From an uncultured Bacteroidales bacterium (GTDB taxonomy: Bacteria; Bacteroidota; Bacteroidia; Bacteroidales; VadinHA17), in contig CAVTSB010000003.1 of NCBI GenBank assembly GCA_963737255.1, positions 1,255 through 65,254 of the forward strand: a DNA stretch of 64,000 nt, read 5' to 3'. The translations under genes were made by a program, and so were the position numbers. The notes beneath the pieces were generated by a model. That model was given only the letters and a program-made list of their open reading frames with translations, ran no database searches and was not told the origin of the DNA. Below, piece by piece: positions 19,961 to 28,087 of this stretch (its first letter is position 1; every line of letters starts with the position of its first letter).

Positions 19961-19998
19961 GGGCTTCATACGGTGCGAAGCACCCAGTGGTGAGCCCC
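19961..19998. repeat. conserved compound hairpin module, copy 2
   Basis: GGGCTTCATACGGTGCGAAGCACCCAGTGGTGAGCCCC lies downstream of the FtsX stop. Confidence 0.75.
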
Positions 19999-20176
19999 GG
20001 TTGAAATAAATCTCAAAGGAAATTGAACTTTGTGGATATAAAGTGATGTTCCAGCCGTTTATCAGATTTTTGTTAAATGAACAGGAAAACTTCGGGGAAG
20101 AAATGTAAAGACAGACTCCCGTTAGCTGCAACAAATGTGCATAAGACGTGACTAATCAGCCTTTAATCCTTTTAAT

Positions 20177-21379
20177 ATGAAAGATTTATTCCCCCAAATG
20201 ATATTGCTTGATTTAAGGTTTATTAAGCTAGCATTATTGGCCATTTTGATTTGTTCATGTAACACATCTGATTCAAATCATTATGAGATCGATCCAAGAA
20301 CCTTTGGCGAGAATGATATTAAACTTTCAGATATTGCAGATGATATTACCTATATTCCCCTTGACAACAGCTTTCCGATAGCACTAGTCTATCATACTTC
20401 CATTAATATTTTGGAAAACTCGATATATCTATCAGCAAGGGATATAGGCATAATAAAATTTAACAGAAACGGAAAAATGCCTAAAGTAATAGGGAGGAGA
20501 GGTAGAGGCCCTGGAGAATGGCACTATTGCATGTCTGTTGCAGTAGACCCACGTAGTGAAACTATTTATGTAATGGACAATAGTAACGAAATTAAAGTTT
20601 ACTATAAAAGTGGAGTTTTTAAAGGTGCATTGAGATTACCAGGGAATGAAGATGGATTCGACTTCTCTCAAATAAATTTTTTTAATTCAAACCTTTTTGC
20701 TTCTCAATATATTAATATGGGACATGCAAAATATAACTGGATTATTATTGACACTCTAGGTAAAATAGTTACTTACAGATTTAATCCCATCCCAACATTC
20801 ACATCTAATATGGGGGGTAATGGTGGAATATTTAAATATGAAGATAAAATATCATACTGGGATTGGTATAATGACACAATCTTTACAATCTCTTCGGATT
20901 TAAACTATAAGGCATCTTATACATTTTCCTTTGGGGAAGGGAAAATCCCTCGAGATAAAATCCCGTCAAAAGATTTTTTCGACATTCTTTCTAAATATTA
21001 TCTAACAGCAAATATACTTGAGACAAAACGGTTTCTGTTATATATGTATGGACATAATAAAAGAGGGACACTGGCATTGATTGACAAAAAGACGAAAAAA
21101 AGTTATTTGACTCCAATTTTCGACGAAAAAGTTGATGGTATTTCTAATAATTTGGATGGAGGTTTGAAGTTTCTCCCTTTGTGTTATTTTACAGAAAATG
21201 AAAGAGAATATTTAATAAGTATCATTGACCCGTTCCAACTCAAAAAATATATCAATGGTGAGGAATTTATTAATTCAGCTTCTGAATTTCCACAAAAGAA
21301 AGGTTCATTAGTTAAGCTTGTAGAAAATGTAAAAGAGACTGATAACCCGATACTAATGCTCGTAAGATTAAAAAAATAA
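20177..21379 (+). CDS. 6-bladed beta-propeller lipoprotein, paralog C
   Basis: It has a lipobox (LICSCN) and the motifs SDIADDITYIPLDNS, GRGPGEWH and C-terminal ETDNPILMLVRLKK. Confidence 0.7.
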   Translation: MKDLFPQMILLDLRFIKLALLAILICSCNTSDSNHYEIDPRTFGENDIKLSDIADDITYIPLDNSFPIALVYHTSINILENSIYLSARDIGIIKFNRNGKMPKVIGRRGRGPGEWHYCMSVAVDPRSETIYVMDNSNEIKVYYKSGVFKGALRLPGNEDGFDFSQINFFNSNLFASQYINMGHAKYNWIIIDTLGKIVTYRFNPIPTFTSNMGGNGGIFKYEDKISYWDWYNDTIFTISSDLNYKASYTFSFGEGKIPRDKIPSKDFFDILSKYYLTANILETKRFLLYMYGHNKRGTLALIDKKTKKSYLTPIFDEKVDGISNNLDGGLKFLPLCYFTENEREYLISIIDPFQLKKYINGEEFINSASEFPQKKGSLVKLVENVKETDNPILMLVRLKK

Positions 21380-21412
21380 TCTACTAGTAAAAAATTGCAG
21401 CAGCTAATCCAT

Positions 21413-21440
21413 GGGGCTTTACACGGTGTGAAGCACCCGT
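21413..21440. repeat. conserved compound hairpin module, copy 3 (degenerate)
   Basis: GGGGCTTTACACGGTGTGAAGCACCCGT lies downstream of paralog C. Confidence 0.6.
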
Positions 21441-21477
21441 TATAGATTACAGGTTGTACTAAATCCATTCTGAAATA

Positions 21478-21639
21478 TTTTCGACCTCACAGTAGCTGTT
21501 ATGATGCGTTTTGGTGGGCATGGAGTACTTATACCGGAATTTGCGGCATGTTGTGATGTTTCCGGAAAAAACCTCCTTTATCGGGAAAACAATTAAAACC
21601 GGCAAAAATTCAGACAGGTTGTTAGATAGACTGCTGTTA
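21478..21639. repeat. 162-bp dispersed repeat, copy 2
   Basis: It aligns to 15367-15528 and ends in TTAGATAGACTGCTGTTA. Confidence 0.9.
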
Positions 21640-21854
21640 GCGGGCATTTGTCACAACCTCTGAACCACTGACTACCATATTATTACAATCTGACAATCTC
21701 TTTATATCAAGACAAATTCGACTGACCTGAAAGACACAAAAGGAAAATAAAAAACGCCCGCTAACTCCTCTTATTGAAATTCTAAATCCTTATGAATATA
21801 TTGCTATGACAATTTTCTTTTAATCTTGACTCTCTAAACTAAAAGTATGAACGC

Positions 21855-22892
21855 ATGAAAGTAAATGAAGTCCCTTTTATTGAAAACATTTTTATTGATA
21901 CCTCAATTTTTGAAGACCAAAATTTCTTTCATGGTAGTAAAATCCGCAGCCTGCTCCACTATTCAAACCTTGAATTTATTTCAATTTTCATGACAACGAT
22001 ATCTAAAATGGAATTAATTAATAGAATGAAAACAAGGTTAGAGAACTGTAAATCTGACTATAATAAATTAATAAAGGAACTTAACAATCATGAACAAAGA
22101 ATTTTAAAAAACATTGACATCTATGATCTAATCCAAGTTCCATTAATAACTGTAAATAGCAGTCTCCAGAGACTTATCAATAAGCTTGAAACTAATATTA
22201 ATGCCAATAAAATTAAAATTATAAATACTGAAAACTTAGCAGCAGAGGACGTATTTAATCGTTATTATAATAACATGCCTCCATTTGGGCCTGGTAAGAA
22301 AAAGTATGGATTTCCTGATGCATTTATCATAATGAGTTTGGAATCATGGTGTAAGAAAAATAGAAAGAAGATGCTTGTCTTAAGTAAAGACACTGACTTT
22401 CATAAATTTAAAAGCAGATACCTAATCTCCCAGGATAACATAACTGAATTGCTCCAGACTATTACTTTAAAATATGATTCATTTCAAGAGACACATATAC
22501 TCCCCACTATAAAGCAACTTTTAACCAAGTTCCATAAGGAATTGATTCAAGAGATTGAAAATCAAATTCAGGACAATGTCATACTAAAGACTGACTATGA
22601 AAAAACTGGTAACTTCAAAATTGAAAAGATGAATTTCTTGTCTGAGAAGGTAACCTCAATTAGAGACACTTACGCTGAAGTGGAAATAATGATGGAGGTG
22701 ACTAGTAGCATGACTGTTTTCCCAAGCCCTCAAGACATAGACCGTGCAATATTTGAAGACAAAATATCAAAACACAAACTTGTTCAACACATTTCGGTGC
22801 CAATAGACATTGAAGTTTACTATACGAGAGAGCAAACTGTTAAAATTAAATGGATCAACACCAATGAACCATTGGTTATCGAATACTATTAA
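21855..22892 (+). CDS. PIN-like domain protein (DUF4935-like)
   Basis: The N-terminal IFIDTSIFEDQNFF and the central GFPDAFIIMSLESW...VLSKDTDF resemble the PIN-like DUF4935 pattern as I remember it. Confidence 0.5.
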   Translation: MKVNEVPFIENIFIDTSIFEDQNFFHGSKIRSLLHYSNLEFISIFMTTISKMELINRMKTRLENCKSDYNKLIKELNNHEQRILKNIDIYDLIQVPLITVNSSLQRLINKLETNINANKIKIINTENLAAEDVFNRYYNNMPPFGPGKKKYGFPDAFIIMSLESWCKKNRKKMLVLSKDTDFHKFKSRYLISQDNITELLQTITLKYDSFQETHILPTIKQLLTKFHKELIQEIENQIQDNVILKTDYEKTGNFKIEKMNFLSEKVTSIRDTYAEVEIMMEVTSSMTVFPSPQDIDRAIFEDKISKHKLVQHISVPIDIEVYYTREQTVKIKWINTNEPLVIEYY

Positions 22893-23155
22893 TAAAAAAA
22901 CACTCCGCTAACTCGGACAATATGAGTAAGTTGTTTGTCACACTTTTTGCCCCGCCAAGGCGGGATTTCGTCTCCGCCTGTTGGCGGATCCTCAACTTTT
23001 GCTCCAGCACCCATGACAATTTTCTGGCTTTAGTACCATCCCGAGTACTCGGGACTGTCCAGCGCTGTCGTCGGGTAACACAACCTCCCTTTATTGTTGG
23101 GCTGTTAGGTTCAATTTACGTCGTATAAAGAACAAACAAACTCATTGAACAATAA

Positions 23156-24424
23156 ATGAATAGAATATTTTTCTTTTTCATGATCATTCTGACTTTCGGA
23201 TGTAATTCCCAAAATGGACAAAGAAATAAATTCGGTGATATTCAAGTAGACAGTCCATTCTACACAATCGACTTTCCTGCAATACTTGAAAATAAAAGGG
23301 AGGTACCAATTTCTGAAATAGCTGAAAATATAACCTATATTCTCCTCGAATCCACTGGTGAATCAGCATTAGGTAGAATTCATGATGCAAAGTTCACCAA
23401 GGACTATATATTCATTCATGCTTATGGGACACCTCTCCTTGCTCAATTTGATGTAAAGGGTAAATTTTTGCGATACATAGGGAAAATTGGCAAAGGCCCT
23501 GAAGAATATGATCTGATCCGGCAATTCAGTGTTGATGAAAAAACAGGGTTAATTTATATACAACCTAATAGGGTAAGGAATATTCAGGTCTATTCCTTCA
23601 CGGGTAAATTTGTAAAGACAATTAAGATTAATCGTGACGAAAGAGCAATCGTTTGGTGTAGAGACAGTTTATTTTTGTGTTATAGTGAGCCCTCAATTGG
23701 AAATGAAGAATATGTTTTCAAAGAAACAAACTCTCTTGGCGAAATAAGGCAAACGGTAAAAAACTACTACCAATGGAAAGATCCGCCTCCATTTGGGCGG
23801 ATGATGAGTTACCCGGGCCAACATTTCTTTTATCATCTTGACAATCGCCTTCATTTCAAGGGAGTCTATAACGACACAGTTTATTCATACAACAAAAACA
23901 GTAAGATTATTCCTAAGTTTTCAGTAGACCTCGGAAAATACAAGTTACCTGAAGAAATGATATTTGAACGTGGTTTAGTACGACGAATACCTCCTAAATA
24001 TTTGTGGGCTTGTGTCAATGAATCCGCAAACTATGTCTTCATCTATTATTCTGCTTATGATACTGATGATACTCAAGGACCAGGACATGGGCCCCTGGAG
24101 GCCGGATTTATGATTTATAATAAAAAAGAAGGTAAAGGAACTTCCATTAGGAGTAAAGATGGCAAAATGATTTTATTCAATAATATAGGTGATTGGGGAT
24201 TTATAAATGATATTGATGGAGGACCTGAATTGATACCTGAATACATCAATGATTCTTTGGCTTTTCGATTTATAAGTTCAATTGCGATGAAAAAATATCT
24301 TATGTCGGACGAATTCTTAAACTCAACACCAAAGGATCAAACTAAAAAAGCGATGCTTATTAACCAGATGGTTGGACTAAAAGAGACTGATAACGATCTG
24401 TTGATGATTGCTAAGTTGAAATGA
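23156..24424 (+). CDS. 6-bladed beta-propeller lipoprotein, paralog D
   Basis: It has a lipobox (LTFGCN) and the motifs SEIAENITYILLEST, GKGPEEYD and C-terminal ETDNDLLMIAKLK. Confidence 0.7.
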   Translation: MNRIFFFFMIILTFGCNSQNGQRNKFGDIQVDSPFYTIDFPAILENKREVPISEIAENITYILLESTGESALGRIHDAKFTKDYIFIHAYGTPLLAQFDVKGKFLRYIGKIGKGPEEYDLIRQFSVDEKTGLIYIQPNRVRNIQVYSFTGKFVKTIKINRDERAIVWCRDSLFLCYSEPSIGNEEYVFKETNSLGEIRQTVKNYYQWKDPPPFGRMMSYPGQHFFYHLDNRLHFKGVYNDTVYSYNKNSKIIPKFSVDLGKYKLPEEMIFERGLVRRIPPKYLWACVNESANYVFIYYSAYDTDDTQGPGHGPLEAGFMIYNKKEGKGTSIRSKDGKMILFNNIGDWGFINDIDGGPELIPEYINDSLAFRFISSIAMKKYLMSDEFLNSTPKDQTKKAMLINQMVGLKETDNDLLMIAKLK

Positions 24425-24615
24425 GCTTTGACTTTGTATCCTATCTCCCTAAGAATTGAGCGTCCTATATCGCTTAATAACAGGTAAATACAGCATTTAT
24501 AATAATTAATCTACGATCTAACTAATTATATATCATCACTATATATCTATGCAACATAGCCTGGGATTTTAATTCCGGGCTTTTTTATTTCTACTAACCC
24601 TTAAATCAAATAAAT

Positions 24616-24906
24616 ATGAAAACACGACAGACAAATATATCTGAAGTAAGACTTGTTTACAGAACAAAAGTCAAAGCTTCAGAGAGACTTAAGGTTAAAT
24701 GCTTAAAGAATGCCTTTGACATATTTATGGAAAGTTGGGACCTGGATTCCATCGAACATATTGAAGAGTTTAAGCTCATGTTACAGCGGGCGCAGCAAAT
24801 GAAATTTTTGGGCGAACTTGCAATAAAAAGACAAGGATATAATTCTACCGATGGGGATAAATCCTTTTGGGATAGTGTTGCATTTCGGTTGTGTTCATAT
24901 CTATAA
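24616..24906 (+). pseudogene. RadC-like JAB-domain protein, truncated fossil
   Basis: The first roughly 55 aa (ISEVRLVYRTKVKASERLKVKCLKNAFDIFMESWDLDSIEHIEEFKLML) match the N-terminus of RadC-like proteins from Bacteroidetes mobile elements. The HNHPSG metalloprotease core is missing. Confidence 0.6.
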
Positions 24907-25179
24907 GTTTTAGTTTATAATAGGGTAAAGGTATAATGTATAAATGAATGTAATAAATTAAATATCAATTATATAGTTGCTTTTTATCAACAAAATTAGT
25001 GACATTTATCAGTGATGCAAGGGTTATTTTGCAGTAATAGTGATACGCGTGTACAGGATTTGAGGCCAGGCGGCTGCGGAATTTTGGAAGTATCAGAAAA
25101 TAATAAATAATGATTCTAAATAACTTTTATCCTGGACTCTCTTAAATTTGATCTAATTATTTACCATAAGATCATAACT

Positions 25180-25842
25180 ATGTTGACGAATGATTGCCTG
25201 TCAGATTGGTTTAAGGATTTAAGTAAGATCATATTTGATACCAAAATATCAATTGACAACATTAGAAGAATAACACACCCAGAAGATGACATTGAAGAAA
25301 AAGTTTTAAAACATGGCTTTTTTTCGCATTGTTATCGTCAATCACGATTTACTATTATTGTACAATTGTGTAAAATTTTTAATAAAACCAGTAACCAAAA
25401 AAGAAATTTCTATAAACTCTTCAATCGACTTTCTATTGACAAATATGATAAGACTATTACAGATATCCTGAAAGAAAACGAATCATCAAACCATGCATTT
25501 GCTAATTGGGGTAATCTTGAAAGATCGGGTTTATTCACAAACAGAGTTGACATTGTAAATGAAATAAATTCGCTGATGAGTGAAATTGAAATTCAAAAAG
25601 GAATAATAGAACGAATTCTTGTTCTTAGAGACGGTCAATATGCTCACTCTGATCCTGATTCCAGATTACCAAATGTATCAAATCAAGAATTAGAAATTCT
25701 AATTAATCTGGCAATCAAAATTTATAACAACTTATATGGTAAATTTTATGATACCACACTGGTATTTGCCCATACTATTGACTGGAAAATTGATTATCCA
25801 ATTAAAGCTTTAGCAAAAATTAGGAGGGAAAGACTTAAATAA
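25180..25842 (+). CDS. HEPN-like (AbiU2-like) protein, putative
   Basis: The protein looks all-helical and carries an Rx5H motif in LVLRDGQYAHSD. The family assignment is from memory only. Confidence 0.4.
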   Translation: MLTNDCLSDWFKDLSKIIFDTKISIDNIRRITHPEDDIEEKVLKHGFFSHCYRQSRFTIIVQLCKIFNKTSNQKRNFYKLFNRLSIDKYDKTITDILKENESSNHAFANWGNLERSGLFTNRVDIVNEINSLMSEIEIQKGIIERILVLRDGQYAHSDPDSRLPNVSNQELEILINLAIKIYNNLYGKFYDTTLVFAHTIDWKIDYPIKALAKIRRERLK

Positions 25843-25983
25843 ATCCTCTTCAAATTTCATTATTATATGTACTTGTTAGGCCAGTTAGTTTCCTGTTGTA
25901 GATTTGTTGAAGGTTTCAGAAAAAATAAAAAGTGCAATTATCTGTATTTCAAGGTAATTGCACTATGAAGCACGACTGTTTCG

Positions 25984-26057
25984 TGATTCCGGCGCGATTC
26001 GAACGCGCGACCCACAGCTTAGAAGGCTGTTGCTCTATCCAGCTGAGCTACGGAACC
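25984..26057 (-). tRNA. tRNA-Arg (anticodon TCT)
   Basis: The 74-nt cloverleaf reads GGTTCCG TA GCTC AGCTGGATA GAGC A ACAGC CTTCTAA GCTGT GGGTC GCGCG TTCGAAT CGCGC CGGAATC A. No CCA is encoded. Confidence 0.95.
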
Positions 26058-26065
26058 AATATTTT

Positions 26066-26158
26066 ATTCAGAACGCACGACCCATCCCGAAGCCTCGGGA
26101 TTGCTCTATCCTCCCGTCCCGATAGCTATCGGGAGCTATCGGGATGAGCTACGGAACC
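26066..26158 (-). pseudogene. degenerate tRNA-Arg duplicate with palindromic insertions, lacking the 3' acceptor/T-arm half
   Basis: It shares GGTTCCGTAGCTCA and GGATAGAGCAA with the intact tRNA. A 33-nt insertion containing the palindrome TCCCGATAGCTATCGGGA sits in the D loop. The anticodon arm is replaced by the TCCCGAGGCTTCGGGA hairpin. Confidence 0.7.
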
Positions 26159-26262
26159 CTTCACGATGCCGGCTGCAAAAATACATTATTTTTCAATTTC
26201 ATCAATGTGAATTGTTCTGAAACACTCGTGCCGGCAGTCCCGAAGTTTTGCTCAGTATTATA

Positions 26263-26760
26263 TCATACTGACTTCATGTAATTTACAAGACCCTTTTTGT
26301 CGATTATCTCCCTGAGCTTATCCGGAAGAGGATCAAACTCGAACCTGTTTTTCCCAACAATGATTTCCCCTCTTTCAAGTCTTATCTCGACATTATCTCC
26401 CGGTCTGTAAGCCTCAACAGCTTCCTTATGCACAAAAAGCGCCAGCCCCTGGTTTATTGATGACCTGTAAAAGATCCTGTTCACCGATTTCACGATCACA
26501 GCCTGTACACCGGCATACGCAAGTCCTACCGATGGATGCTCCCTGGAGCTGCCACAGCCAAAATTCTCGCCCGCGATGATTATGTCACCTGCCTTCACCC
26601 CGGAACTGAACGAAGGATCAAAATCCTCAAAAAGATGTGGAATAATCGATGCCGGATCAGAGCTTAAAACATTGTAAGTGTATTTTCCCGGAAACATCTG
26701 ATCGGTATTCAGGTTGTCAACATCCGAGTAGTTCCAGACAGTTCCGACCTCCTGTTCTCT
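26263..26760 (-). CDS. aconitase-family small subunit (LeuD-like, short archaeal type), pair 1
   Basis: GDIIIAGENFGCGSSREHP is present. The frame is open upstream through VGTVWNYSDVDNLNTDQMFPGKY, and the start codon is unclear. Confidence 0.7.
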   Translation of the reverse strand, partial: REQEVGTVWNYSDVDNLNTDQMFPGKYTYNVLSSDPASIIPHLFEDFDPSFSSGVKAGDIIIAGENFGCGSSREHPSVGLAYAGVQAVIVKSVNRIFYRSSINQGLALFVHKEAVEAYRPGDNVEIRLERGEIIVGKNRFEFDPLPDKLREIIDKKGLVNYMKSV

Positions 26761-28055
26761 CCCTGCCTGATCTCCGATGTTTTGCTCTGTCCGGCGGAAA
26801 AGGGATACCTTTTGTTGTCCGGAATTCTTCGGGGATCGGTAATTACACCCGTCAGCGCCGAAGCAGCCACGGTGGCCGGAGATGCCAGATAAATTGAGGC
26901 CTCCCTGTTTCCCATTCGTCCCGGGAAATTACGGTTGGCCGAGGAGATTACAACGTGCCCGTTCGCGGGTATCCCCTGGCCTGTACCGAGACATGGTCCG
27001 CACGAAGGGGTCAGGATGTTGGCTCCCGATTCAATGAATGTTGTTATGAGTCCTTCACTGACAGCCTGAAGCAATATCTGCTGTGAAGCTGGTATTATAC
27101 TGAGCTGAAATCCCTCCTTGATCCTGTTCCCCTTCAGGATTCCGGCAGCGGCTCTCAGATCTTCAATCCGGCCGTTTGTGCATGTTCCGATAAGGCCTTC
27201 ATGAACAACAGTGCCGGCTGTTTCCGGAACTGACCGGACATTGTCAACATTATGGGGTGCTGCAACCACAGGAACAATCGCGGAGATGTCTATGCTATCT
27301 CCCGGGAATAAATCGCACCTTCGTCGGCCCAGACAGGATTTATACTTTGTGTTTTATCCGCCAGGAATTCCCCGAGTATCTCATCAGCCGGGAAAACGGC
27401 ATTTTTTGCTCCCATTTCCGAAGCCAGATTAGCCATAGTCATTCTGTCGGAAATTGAAAGATTTCTGACCCCTTCGCCATGGTATTCTATTGACATATAA
27501 TTTGCACCATCCGATCCGATCATTCCAATTATCCATAGGGCAAGATCTTTTGCATATACCTCTTCCTGCAATTCACCCTAAGATTAATCCTGATTGATTC
27601 AGGAACCCTGAACCAGGTCTCTCCCCTTTTCCAGATCCCTGCCGATTCGGTTCTGTCGATACCTGCAGCAAAAGCATTAAAAGCTCCGGCTGTTGATGTA
27701 TGGCTGTCGCTTCCTACAATCAGCATTCCCGGCCTGGCATGGTACGACATTATCTGGTGGCATATTCCTTTGCCGGCATCATAGAATTTATTAATTCCCT
27801 GATCTGCAACAATATCCCTTATTTCCTGATATTGTGTTGCCAGCTTTGCATCAGCCGGCGGGGCATTATGGTCAAGAACAACAAGCATCTGACCGGGATT
27901 AGCCACCCTGGTACCTCCCATTTTCTGAAAAGTCCTGTAAGATGCTTGCGGTGTTGTCGTGTGTAAGAATAATATCGGGACGGGCAAATACAATTGCTCC
28001 GGCATTTGCCCTAAAAATTTTTTCAGCGAATGTCAATGGTTTCATTTTGCACTAA
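26709..28055 (-). pseudogene. aconitase-family large subunit (LeuC/homoaconitase-like), pair 1, at least 3 frameshifts
   Basis: The pieces are 27529..28005, 27290..27571 and 26709..27269, plus an N-terminal MKPLTFAEKIF in a fourth frame. Motifs are IVGSDSHTSTAG, GTCTNGRIEDL, SCGPCLGTGQG and SSANRNFPGRMG. Confidence 0.8.
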
Positions 28056-28087
28056 TATGGTTTTGACAAAAGGGGATCCCGGATTCA

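Larger units (their letters stand above)
12630..24522 (+). mobile_element. integron-like co-directional cassette array (non-canonical, putative)
   Basis: Several ORFs are bracketed by covarying GTTA.../...TAAC inverted cores. Coordinates are given in the findings. Confidence 0.4.
3728..25999. mobile_element. putative decayed genomic island inserted at the 3' end of tRNA-Arg(TCT)
   Basis: The 19-bp direct repeats lie at both ends, and one of them is inside the tRNA. The content is accessory-type and looks AT-richer by eye. An integrase fossil and a RadC-like fossil lie inside. Confidence 0.5.

Noticed and set aside
12630-24522. Calling the array a canonical integron or CALIN
   Set aside because: The spacers are 170-500 bp rather than about 55-140 bp, I could not find the R/L-box hairpin in most of them, and no intact IntI is present. 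I report it only as integron-like.
25932-26147. ORF 25932..26147 (71 aa)
   Set aside because: It lies on top of the tRNA-Arg gene and its degenerate duplicate, so it is a translation artefact.
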